The notes below the pieces were generated by a model that saw only the letters and a list, made by a program, of their open reading frames with translations, made no database searches and was not told the origin of the DNA. A stretch of 64,000 bases of DNA from Macrostomum lignano (Eukaryota), in contig NIVC01001310.1 in assembly GCA_002269645.1 (NCBI GenBank), positions 284,209-348,208 on the forward strand. The letters run 5' to 3'. Made by a program: the position numbers and the translations under genes. Of the stretch, positions 37,257 through 49,140 are shown piece after piece. Each line of letters begins with the position of its first letter. The first letter of the stretch is position 1.

Positions 37257-39567
37257 ACGTCCATGGAAAACTCTCTATTTCAGCCTGGATCATTGACTAC
37301 TCGAAAAGCGTACCCAATTATGTGTCGGACGAGGTGCAGCTTAGAAGAGGACGCGAGCTTCCGACTTTCACATTTGTGTTCCCTGTTGTTCAAAAGATTG
37401 TATTCGAAGAATATTTGCCAAAAATAGAGAACCTGGCGAAGTGGCTACTCGATAACGTGCAGTCTAAAGTTACTAAAACGCTTGAAAACCTGGCCGAAAA
37501 TTGTTTCAAAGCGTTTCCAAGGCTGCTGCTACTTGTGAAAGAAACTGTTGTCAAGGCGATCGAAGCCCAAGAGGCTGAGTGTCGGACAGATATGGCTAAG
37601 CTTATTGCACACGAGCGTCGCTTGTTCACTCAGGACAGCCAGTTTTCGGAAAAACTGAGATACGTTACTACACAATGGCAGGAGTTCCTAGCGACACATC
37701 GTACTCCTCAGTAAATAATTGCTTTGAATAGGCATGGTGCCTTCGGACCTGGAGCCCGTTGGTGCAGCAATGTAAAATTCAGTCCATCCTAATACAAGAT
37801 CCTTAACCATTTCTTGCAGGCGGCTGCCAGCACAAGCCGCCTCAAGCGACCCATCAAACGAGGAGCGAATTCGCCTGGGAACCAAAGCCTACCTGCTGCT
37901 GGCCTGTCAGCGCATCTCGGACACGGTGCCAATGTCGGTGCTGTGCCACATGCTCGACGGCGTGGCCACAAAGCTGGTTGCCGAGATAACCCGACTGTTT
38001 GCCGGCGGCAGCCACCAGGTGGACATCCTGGATCTGCTGCGAGAGAAGGAGGGCAGGCAGCGGAGGAGGCGCTACCTGACTCAGGCTGCTTGTCAGATGC
38101 GCGAGTCGCGGAAGGAGCTGCAGAGCGCCAAGCAGAACCGCATGCTGCTGGAGGACTGAGACAAGCGCCTCTATTTGAGATGAAAAATGGAAGACTGTTC
38201 ATGCGAACACGAATTTACCTAAATTTATTTTAACTATCTTTGAAGTGACCACAACTAATACGAGTATACCTTTGAACGGAGACTAACAAAAGTACTTTTG
38301 AATGGTAGCTACATGCCACCTCGACCCCGACTGAACAATTTGATACTTTAGAAATAACCCTGACGACCCCAACTACAAGCGTATCTCGGAACTCTTGAAC
38401 TCTGGTGGAACGGAAAACTTTATTAGAAATGTCTCAAAAATACCCGAAAATGTTTATCAACTACTTACAGTACTCCTATTCATCTGCTTGTATCCATTTA
38501 TAACCAGTTTTTAACCAAGTCTTGTAAGCTTTGACGAAGTTTACAAGCAGCATCAATTTTTTCCTGTTTTGTCACAGCCTCAGTTTTAATTAGTATTGCA
38601 TAAATTCCATTTCGCAAAAAATTTGGTAAGTAGTCGTAATAAATGACCCTACAAGCATGATCGGAATCTTTTTAGTCATAAATGTTTAATTAAAATTCGC
38701 ACTTGAGCACATTCTCTTCTCTTTCCTACTTAAAGTAGCCGCTTATAGAAGATAATGAAATTAATTATCGCTAAAACAAAATCTGATCAATTTTAAATTA
38801 TTAATAAATACACTTACTTCAGTTTTGCGATAGTTGCGCATATGTCCCGAGGATCCCGAAATTATGGTATGAAAAGCTATTGTTATCATTAGTTATTTCC
38901 CTCAAAATTTAGGGCTAGTTTTTTATTCAAGCTACGAACGCCAACTGGAAGCAAGCAAGTACAAAGTACAAAAATAGACGCTAGGCTAGACATGAATTGC
39001 TTTATTGTCACGGCAATTCTACGGTTTTTCCATGGATTTTCCGACACAAAGTTCCCTTTTCTGCCGACAACTGAGTGCATTGCAACAATATTGGCATGTT
39101 GTACTAAGGTATATCAAAATTCAGGTATGCGCTCGTAATTTTTGCTTGCGACAATTTTGGACAGTCTTCGATAAGTAACGCATAAAAAAGACAGGCTTAG
39201 ATACACAAGAATTCAACTGCAATTGATAGTTGGTGTATTTACAAATTTTACAGATCCTATGATGAAGCATAAAAAGCAGCTGCGCTTGTATGGGGCCAAT
39301 TGTTAAATGTCTTTAACAAAACTTTTTTTCTGAATAAATATCGCATTATAAAAAAATGAAATTTACAATAAATTACGGAATTAAAAACATCCGAATCGAA
39401 ATGCATCTGTACACATGATCGTTTTGCTCGGTGGAGCAGCATGACGAACCATAAATACATTCATGGCTACTATTAGACATGGATTCGCATTGATATCTAG
39501 AAAAAATATCTACAATGAATATTCGTGCTTTCTGTCTTTGTTTCGTAGCTGATAGTTCAGCGCCTAG

Positions 39568-40341
39568 TCAATAGCAGCATTCCCTCGGCTCGGACACTTG
39601 CCGCAGCGTCCGCTTCATCCGGTCCATATCGGCCATGGTCTTCTCGCCGAACCGGTAGATTCGCTTTTTGCTGCGCTTCCCAGTGTCCAGGTAGTCGAAA
39701 TAGCCTTTGGACTTCTCCCTGCGAACTCTGTGGGGAAGAATGGTTGTTGTTCATCTATTCATGCTTCATTCTTCTCATTAGCAGCAAAGCCAGAAGTTCG
39801 GTTCATTACCTCATCGCTCTGGCAAACGTGTCGTAGGTAGCTTTCTTGTTGCCCTTGATTTTTTTCCACAACAGTCCCATGGTCTCCGTGTCGAGCGTTT
39901 TAAAATGGCGACATTCGCCAGACGTCTCGCGTCCGTTCTCGTCGCAGAAGGCGAGAATCCGTCGAAGATCCTTTGTCTTGTCGCCGTATGTCGAATTAAG
40001 CAGAATGGTGAGGATGACCTCGTGCACTTTAAGCTTCGAAGACATTTCTTCCGGCTTGCAGTTGCTGCTTCTTTCTGCAATAAGTTGAAAAAAAGGAATT
40101 AATGAGTCTACTCGTAAATTCCCTTGCATGTCTTTTGAAATACCATGAAGCTCAAAATAGCTTGCGCACCAATGACTTCCTTGATGTAGTCCACCATTTC
40201 GTCAATCTCTGCCTCGCGAGCTGAAGAAAACTGCTGGAGCGATTCGCAGCTCTCGAAGCCGCTGCTCACAGTCGTTGGACTTGGCGGTTCATCTAGCAGT
40301 TGTTGCCTTTGGGAATTCTCCTTGAGTAGAACTTGCCGCTG

Positions 40342-40378
<37 letters not shown>

Positions 40379-40794
40379 GGCTCAAACATGGGAACGTTCG
40401 GCAGGTTGGTAGCACTCCCACGACCAGTTCCATCAGCGTCCTCCATCAGCTCGTCAAGAAGCTCCTTAGTCTCCTTGTCACAAGAAACTCCTAGTCCACT
40501 AGTATATTGTCGCTCTCCAAGCGCCTCGCACTGTTCACGCGCAACCGAGCTGCTCAGCTGAACATTTTCATCACCTTGCAGTTGGCTTTTGTCTACACGT
40601 TCCTGCAGAAAATCTAGCAGCCAGCTGTTATCAATCTCAGGTACACATAGTTGCTGCTCAGGCCCTTGGAACACGAAGCTTTGCCATCTGAAACTGTCCT
40701 CATGGTTCGGTAGAACGCCAGCCGGCAGTTCGCTGAGATCGATTTCCATAATATCGAAGTCAAACGCGTTGATCTCTGTAGTTTTTTGGCTCAT
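39568..40794 (-). CDS. Divergent ETS-domain transcription factor A (349 aa); exons 40794-40170, 40074-39810, 39727-39568
   Basis: An acidic, polyQ-containing N-terminus precedes LKVHEVILTILL...GLLWKKIKGNKKATYDTFARAMR|VRREKSKGYFDYLDTGKRSKKRIYRFG, matching the ETS pattern LW..K....Y....RA.R...R..Y.F. Phases are consistent (1050 nt). Confidence 0.8.
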
Positions 40795-40977
40795 TTTGGA
40801 GGCTTTTATTCAGAGATGGAATTATTATTAAAGCCTGAAGCGAGTCTGCCCCTCTCTTCGGCTGCTCACTGCCCGCTTTTATAAATGTTCCTTTTAGTTT
40901 GTACCTTGTTGGTAAGTGTACACTTACTTGTACAGTGTAGCGTCTGGGTATGCATGGCCGAGATTCTGGCTAGTCCA

Positions 40978-40993
40978 CGGGAATTCCGGGGAA
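40978..40993. promoter_or_regulatory. kB-like/STAT(N4)-like composite element upstream of ETS-like A
   Basis: CGGGAATTCCGGGGAA. A TATA-like TATAAAA lies on the - strand at ~40877-40883. Confidence 0.4.
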
Positions 40994-42535
40994 GATACGG
41001 CTCGTACTTGGTCTTGCCATTTTGTCTATAGCTCCGAGTAGAGTGTTTACCTATTATTAAAATTAATCTATGAGTGAATAAGAATACTTTCAAAAAATTT
41101 GTCCGTAAATTCTAATCACGAAAACTAAAAATGGTCACAAACAGTAAGATTAATTCATGCTTTTGCACTATTTCTTTGGACCACAGCTATATTTACATGT
41201 AATTCTTAATTTTAATCGTTGACTCTTATGTAGGCATAGACCAAAAACATGCAGAAGCCAGTTTGTTCAGAAAAAACACTGCCTTTGAATAACGTCTTCC
41301 TGTTTTCGAAGTCTTGTGCCAAAGTTCTCTGAGCTATCTACTAGTTAAAAGTCACGTGAAAATAACAACAAGTATTAATGCACAGTATGTATTTCAGAGC
41401 AAGAGATGAGATATGGCTGCCACCAGTGAAGCAAATATTGTTTTGAACTGAGTGGTCATGTCTATTAATACAATTTGTTATGAGGCTATTTTGACTGAGA
41501 GTGGTTATTGTTAGATAGCTTTTTGTGCTATTGTGCTAGCTTTTTGATAGATTTTTTCGAGACGTAGCCATTGTACTATAACAATGAGCTCAGAGTCGAC
41601 TGGAGTACAAGCTATTCGCACTCCAGGGGATGCAGAGAGGACGCTTTTCAGCGGGTGAAAGAAAATGGTGTGTAAATTTATTTCGAAGACTGTACTTTGA
41701 GGCAAACCCCATCCATTCCTAGGTGTGTGCATTTAGCTCCCTCAGTGTCCGCCTACTAGCTAAAAATATCTACTTACGACACTACCGGTACCGATACAAC
41801 ATCTCTCCAACCAATCGTGTCATTACAGTATTCACCGATGAAGCATGTACGATAACACTAAATAGCTACAAAGTGTAGCCAAAAAGCTTTGTAAATTCCT
41901 ACATAATTTGTTTCTTACCAATCGATGGTGTACCATCTAATCGGAATGATTGTGGATGAGACAAGGAGATGCTGAGAAACATTCTTGTTGAATATCTTAG
42001 CATGAAGAAGGTAGCTATTGTCAAGACGATGCTTAATTACTGCGAGTGCATGATCGAGGATGGTTTTGCAGGTTCTAAGGATTTAGATTTTAAGACCAAT
42101 TGAAGCCATCAAGGATAGGGTGACATGGGTTGCTACTAAGGCATATCCCGAAGGTGGAGTTGGAATATTTTGCATTTGGTATTGAGGTGATCCATTTAAC
42201 GCAGCGGCAATTAGTTTCAAAACTGAAGTTGACTGACTTTATGTTTTTTTTGGTCAAGCCAAATGGGGGCGCACTGTTTTTATTTTCGACAATTAATTGA
42301 AATACAAATTGATTTTTGCATATACTCTGTTTCGTAATTCAAGCATCAAACGGTTTTCTATAAACGTTTTAAGATTTCATTAAAAGCGAAAGTAAACAGT
42401 ACATGATTATGTGTACAAATACATGTAGAAACAATATAATTAGTTCAACTTATCACTTGAACAATCAGATTTAACCGAAATTGCGACTGGATAAAGTTTA
42501 GAACTGTAGCATACTATATTTTATAAAATCATAAT

Positions 42536-44446
42536 TCAGTCATCAGTCATCGACAGAAGCATCCTTAGTTCATTAACCAGCCGCAGTCCATTGCAACCAA
42601 AGCGAATCACTCTGCTGCTGGCATACTTAGTCGCTGAATGGCTTTCCACGACGCCAAAGTCACCGCTAGAAGATGACTTTGCTTTGGCCAATCTACAGAA
42701 ATATGTGTCGATGCATTACATTTATATGCAGAACTTGCAATTTATTGTATCAAAGGTTTCTTTACAGTGTCATTTTTCCTTGAGCTTTCTAAGGACTTAA
42801 GATCTCTGTGTTTTGAGTCCATAAAAACTTTAGGGCTTAAATATATATTTTTTAATGTCAACATATTGACACTCAAGTACTCCGACACCGACACAACCGA
42901 CACCGACACACCCGACACACCAGACACAAACATACCCGACACAAGCACACCCGACACAAAAACACCCGACACAAACACACCCGACATCTGAAACCAACAC
43001 ACCCGATACAGACACAACCGACACCGCACATCCGACACTGACACACCCGACACCGACACACCCGACACCAACACGCCCGACGCAAACACACCCGAAACCG
43101 ACACACCCGACACCGACACACACGAAACCGACATACTCGGACACCGAAACACTCCAACAACACACTCCGACAACAAAAATCCGACACCAACACACTCCGA
43201 CACATCGACAATTAGCTCACCTAATTGCCCTCGTGAATGCGGAGCAGGCATTCTTGCTCACTGGTCTTCTATTGACCTTCTGCCAGAGCATCCCAGCGGT
43301 TTCTCTATCGAGAATTTTGAAGTACTCAATAGAACCGCTCCGTTCTTGACCGTTGACGTCGCAGAACACTAGGATTCGACAAAAGCATTTACGACTACTC
43401 AGCAGCACAATTAGTATGAAGTGCAAAACGTTCGGACGATTTAGCGCCGCAAAGCCGAATAGCTTTCCCGAAACAAGTTCGATTACGAGTAGAATAAGTA
43501 CTTTTATCAACGAATCAAGGACGTCATGCTGAATTTAATCAATAAAACTTTACCCACCCATTTTCTCTCTAATGTGCGTCGCCAAACGATCCAGAGTTTC
43601 TTCTCGAGCTGTCATCGTGTAACCCGGTGGCTGGTCATCGGTGGCAATGCTCACAGATTCCCAGGTCGAGGTAGCCGGTTGGTTTACTGCCGATCGGCCG
43701 CAACTTTGGATGATTGGTAGATTTGGAAGGCTGGGCAGCTGGTCGACGGCAGTTTGACAGGTGACTGGTTGCTGCACTGTGGTAACACTGATAGGGAATG
43801 CTTGAACACCGCAGTTAAACTGTTGCACTGTGGTAACACTGATAGGGAATGCTTGAACACCGCAGTTAAACTGTTGCACTGTGGTAACACTGATAGGGAA
43901 TGCTTGAACACCGCAGTTAAACTGTTGCACTGTGGTAACACTGATAGGAATGCTTGAACACCGCAGTTAAACTGTTGCACTGTGGTAACACTGATAGGGA
44001 ATGCTTGAACACCGCAGTTAAACTGTTGCACTGTGGTAACACTGATAGGGAATGCTTGAACACCGCAGTTAAACTGTTGCACTGTGGTAACACTGATAGG
44101 AATGCTTGAACACCGCAGTTAAACTGTTGCACTGTGGTAACACTGATAGGGAATGCTTGAACACCGCAGTTAAACTGTTGCACTGTGGTAACACTGATAG
44201 GGAATGCTGAACACCGCAGTTAAACTGTTGCACTGTGGTAACACTGATAGGGAATGCTTGAACACCGCAGTTAAACTGTTGCACTGTGGTAACACTGATA
44301 GGGAATGCTTGAACACCGCAGTTAAACTGTTGCACTGTGGTAACACTGATAGGGAATGCTTGAACACCGCAGTTAAACTGTTGCACTGTGGTAACACTGA
44401 TAGGGAATGCTTGAACACCGCAGTTAAACGGTACTATTGTCTGTTC
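42536..44446 (-). CDS. Divergent ETS-domain factor B (5' end and one acceptor unresolved; repeat exon frameshifted as assembled)
   Basis: Exon 44446-43558 carries 17-aa repeats then REETLDRLATHIREKM. The ETS exon ends at 43221 (GMLWQKVNRRPVSKNACSAFTRAIR). The last exon 42692-42536 contains SRVIRFG. Intron positions match A, C and D. Confidence 0.65.
42880..43205. repeat. Degenerate (ACACCG/ACACCC)n low-complexity tract in an ETS-B intron
   Basis: Imperfect GACACC/ACACCC repeats. The V/C/S/G-rich and T/D/P-rich ORFs here are artefacts. Confidence 0.85.
43772..44428 (-). repeat. 51-bp minisatellite (~13 copies) encoding VQQFNCGVQAFPISVTT
   Basis: Unit GCAGTTAAACTGTTGCACTGTGGTAACACTGATAGGGAATGCTTGAACACC. 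Three units are 50 nt (deletions at ~43947, ~44099, ~44208). Confidence 0.95.
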
Positions 44447-47414
44447 CTGTTTAAATAAAATCCTGTTAACTCGTATCCAAACGTTATTTTTTACTTCTAC
44501 GAGCGTATATAGCTAGTCGAGATTTTTTTGTTACTTAAGAAGATTTAAAAAGAAATGTGTGCGCAGAGGGAAGCCAAAAGCCAAAATGGGGCTCCTCCTG
44601 TACAAACTAAAGTAACTAAATTAAACGAAAGTGGTAACCATGCTCGAGGAATGACGGGAGCTCAACTTTTGCCACCTTTTGAGACGTGGCATCCAACGGC
44701 CTAAGAGACAGGAGTGGAAACGCCAACTAAGAGACAGAGGCGCTAACAAAGAGACAGGGCAGCCGACCAAGAGATAGGGGGGGGGGGCACCCAACAAAAG
44801 ACAGGGGCGCCAAAAAAGAAAATGGCGACAAGAGACAGCGCCAAAGAAACAAAGGGCAACAAGATACACGCCCACCAAGAGACAGGGCGCTAACCAATAG
44901 ACTGGGATGCTAACAGAGACAAGTCGCAAAAAAGAAAATGCCCACCGCAGGGGCCCAGCAAGAGACGGCGCCAAACAGAGACAGGCGCAAACAAGTAGCA
45001 GGGGCGCCAAACGAAGGCAGGACGTAACAAGGTGCATCTTACAGGATTGCGGCCCATTCAATTCAAATTCCTGCGTACACCACCGCTAGAAAATTCCGGC
45101 CTCTACGAGAAACCCAATTAAAGGTCGTCATAGCGACGAAAGAAACTGAAAGAACTTCATAGTTAAACTTTGAAAATCGCCTAAAGTGGTCAATTTCTTG
45201 ATCATCCTCGTCAAAATTTTGAGATGGGCAGTCTGCAGCAGCTGGAAATGTTTTTGGTTGTTAAAATCCCAGTAAACCGTGCAGGCAGCATTTTTTACTT
45301 TCAACAAACACGCCATACAAGTGCACTGAATTAACGATAATTCCATGGCTACGCCGGGGTTATAATACATGTATAGTGTACATTTATTCTAACTAGATTT
45401 TTAAAATCCAATTCTACTAAAAGTAGTTAGCAATGACAGCCGGAAAATAATTGATGAGTGAAATGTCAACTAAAAAACAAGGTTTTATTTTTAGCTAGTG
45501 ACGAATTTTGACTCCGCGATTTAGCGCCACCCACGCGAATAAACTACCAGATACGCATCTGTTTATCAGTTAAAGTACTTAACCTGGCCTGTAGGCTAGT
45601 TTGAAAACAGGCACAAATCTTTACAAAAACACACAATTATTACTTTGCTTCTATTGGACACGGCTCTATTGGGCCATATCTGCCTATCTAATTTATAGCA
45701 CTAACTTGGAACTAAAATACAAAATTGCATGTGAATCTTTCAAATTCACTCATCAATAGATTCATCATGCGGTAGTCCATGCAACATTCTGACGTTTGCC
45801 GACATACTTGATGTCACGCCGTCATTACGCCGAAGGATAACGATGTTATACGACGGCCGAACGTCGGTAGATGTAATGCGAATGTGCCCCTTTGTCAGCG
45901 ACATTCATAGAAGTCGAAAACGTTGGCTCAAGTAGTCGATGTCGGATTGCTGTACAATGAGTGTCTGGGGGTGGTTACAACTGCCTCTAAAATATCTTAT
46001 TACTATTACAAATAAGTAATACAAACAAGTTTGAAGTTCCATTTTGCATGTCGACAAAATCATTATTGCATGTCAAAACGCGATAAAATCCCCTATTAAA
46101 CATGAACCTGCAGCGCTACATCACTTACATGCACTGTGTATAATCCCACAGTACTGAAACACTTGCCAAATACGAGTTCAAAAAACTGAAGTTCCACTTC
46201 GATTGTACTAATTCTGCGTCAGATTTAAACGCAGAGTACAGTGTAGCCAGGCGTACAGACAGGACTGTACAGGCAGGCAATGTGCAGACAGGCAATATAT
46301 GTACAGGCTGGTCGGGAATCTCACCCAGCGGGGGGCCGGGGGGTTTGGGGTGGGTGTGCAGTTGAATGATCTAAGTTTATTCCGCGGTGCGGCCGAGGCG
46401 CGGCCCCCGGTCTGCCGCGGAAAAGCCAGGGGACATTGTAACACTCTGGCCTGAGGGGCTGCTGCGAATCTATTGTGCAAAAATATGCATTCGAAATCAA
46501 CCTCTAAAAGATGCTTGTTGCAGTTTGCCTGCCGCACTAAATAGGCAAGCCCCCCCCCCCCGAGACTCTAAAAAGTCTATTGCGGCTTGCTTTCCTGTGT
46601 GCTATAGTTGCATTTCATAAACAGAAATTTGGTTGGCAGTCTACCCGCAGCTCAGATAAGATAGCAAGTGCAGTGCTTTGGCCCTATTCATGCCAATTCA
46701 TGGGGCAGGATAAGTTAAAGAGTACTCTTCTTATCTTAGCCTTATATTATTTTTCCAGTCTCATCCTGGTAAAAAAAACACAGCTTGAAAAGTTCAATTT
46801 GCAAAGGAAATAACATCGTTAAGAGTATATAGAGTTATATTTTGCAGATACCAATATCAATGTCATTCGAATTATGAAACTTTTGATAAAACCCTAGAGG
46901 AGTTTTATCGCTTTAAATGCCAGAAAGATACAATAACGAGGTTATTTTTAATAGACAATCGATTTAGGCATCGATATTTTTGGAATATAACGATACCTAG
47001 CCTATGACAATATCAACAGTTCATAAGTAAAAGGTAAAAGTAGGTAAGAAAATTGAATTACAGAAATTATGCATGCATAGAAAGTGCTGTGCACTCAAAT
47101 ACAGCTAACTGTACAAAAGCATGAAGTAGCTACTGAAGATAAACAGAGCATGTAGATGTGCTGTTGTTGAAAGCCATGACCATGAAACAAGATAAATTGA
47201 GAATAAACAGATTATTAGTACATCCACTACGGACATTAAGGCTAAAGCCAGTGCTAAATATTCAATGACGCAGTGAAAAAAAGTTAAATTTTTGTGTCAG
47301 TTCAAGTTGCGAACGTTTCACAAATAAGCCTATTCAATGCAGTATACACGCTTCATGGTGGTGTGTTCGATAGATTTGTACAGAACGCACAGTAGAAGTT
47401 TAGAAGCGGATAAA

Positions 47415-48865
47415 TCAGTAGCTGAAGCTCTGAGGCCGAGACACTTGTCGCAGAGTGCGCTTGAATCGCGTCATCTCCTCCATCGACCGTTCGCCAAATC
47501 GGTAAATTCGCTTCTTCTTTCCTTTGCCAGCGTTCAGGTACTCGAAGAAACCTTCTGTTCTTTCTCGCCGGACCCTGTCGAATGTATTTTATGTACGAAA
47601 TTAATTTAAAACATCAAACAGGTGTTAAAGTAACTTTGGAATTTCAGTACTCACCGCATTGCCCTAGCAAAAGTGTCATAGTTTCCCTTCTTGTTTCCCT
47701 TAATCTTCTGCCACAGAAGTCCCATTGTCTCCGTGTCGAGGGTCTTGAAGTGTCGAGCTTCGGAAGTCACTTCGCGACCATTTTCGTCACAGAAGGTGAG
47801 AATCCGCTGCAGGTCTCTAGACTTGTCGCCGTAGGATGAATTCAGCAGGATAACTAGAATCACCTCGTGCACTTTCAGCTTTGATGACATGTCGTCTGGT
47901 TTGCTTCCACGCTTTTCTGCAGGATTTAAGGTGGTTAAATACGAGTATAAGCTATATCAACTGAGATTGTTTGAGTACGTCTGGTTCAGGCAACTACCCA
48001 ACACATACCAATCACTTCGCGAACATAGGCGGCCATGCGCTGAATCTCCTGCTCGCGGTCAAGCGAAACCGATGTGCTGCCGATCGTTGACTCGCCGTCC
48101 TCAGAGCCGAACGTGAATCGGGTGTCGACACTTTCAGCCGGGCTGATCAAATCGAAGGCTGGCGTATCTACCACCGGCTTTACTGTCGACGGCTCGCACT
48201 GCGGCAGGCTGTCTGTAGACACATCGGCAGGCTGCGATAGTCTAATTTCAGCTTGGGTCTGCTTCCCGTTTTCGAAGCCTTTACCCAACTCGGATGAACT
48301 GTTGTCACCTTTGTAGAATTGACCCATCAGATTAATTGTAGGAATGGGCTTCTCAAAAGACTGATCGCTTTGTTTTTGCGTCCGGATTAGTGTCACAGTG
48401 ACTGGCGGTGCCGGATTCTTAGTAGGCTGTAACAGGAAAGCCACCAATTGATGCGTTTAAGCAACTGACTCATTTTAGATTAGCAGTTTTTTAAACTAAC
48501 TACTGAGCTAAGGACTCATTTTTTGTTCTTACGTGAACTTGCGGCAGGTCTGGAACTGCGCTAACGGTCACGGACACGTCTGAGGCGCTGTACTCGTTCA
48601 GCAAATCAGCCAGAATTGTCTCGTCGCTGCTGACGCTGGACTCCATTGTCTGAGGCACAACGTTGGACATCTCCGCGAGTAGAACTACGCTCGGATCCTC
48701 AGCATAGGTCTGAGGCGCTGTTGAAGCTATGCTAGGACCAGGAAGGACCTCTTGTCCAAGGTCCAGCTGCTCTGGCACGCTTGTCACATTGAGATTCGGA
48801 TCAGTGATCGACAATTCATCGACTTCCATGAATTCGAAATCTTGAAGCCTAGTCTCAGGGTCCAT
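47415..48865 (-). CDS. Divergent ETS-domain transcription factor C (390 aa); exons 48865-48533, 48426-48009, 47916-47655, 47574-47415
   Basis: Close paralog of A: MSSKLKVHEVILVILLNSSYGDKSRDLQRILTFCDENG...LLWQKIKGNKKGNYDTFARAMR|VRRERTEGFFEYLNAGKGKKKRIYRFGERS. Phases are consistent (1173 nt). Confidence 0.8.
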
Positions 48866-49124
48866 AACTGTTGTTTGCTAGTTTTTTCTGTGTTTATGAT
48901 TTGTATATTTGGATTTGTAGCAGAGACTCTGCTTCTAGTGCTAATTTTGAAGCAGACGGGCGGCATGCTGCGAGGCTTTTTCTAAGAAATCGTCTGAGCA
49001 ACAACCCCTCTACCTCAGCAGCAACCCCATGCCTTCTACTGTACAATAAGTGTACAAGTCTGGACATGGAACTGAAGGAGAGAATTGAAGTTCCCTTCTG
49101 CGATCTATTTTTAGCACAGGAGCT

Positions 49125-49140
49125 TTCCGCGGAATTCCCG
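49125..49140. promoter_or_regulatory. kB-like/STAT(N4)-like composite element upstream of ETS-like C
   Basis: TTCCGCGGAATTCCCG; its reverse complement CGGGAATTCCGCGGAA is 15/16 identical to 40978-40993. A GAS motif TTCTAAGAA also lies at 48980-48988. Confidence 0.4.

Larger units (their letters stand above)
29382..38159 (+). pseudogene. Mx: Mx-like GTPase, copy 2 (frameshifted as assembled; may be intact if the indels are errors); exons 29382-29423, 29587-29950, 31271-31946, 32365-32608, 37284-37710, 37820-38159
   Basis: Exon structure matches copy 1. There is a 1-nt deletion in the P-loop codons at ~29823 (TCGGTGGCAAA vs TCGGTAGGCAAA), compensating -1/+1 indels at ~31337 and ~31377, and an LTR element in intron 4. 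Confidence 0.8.
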
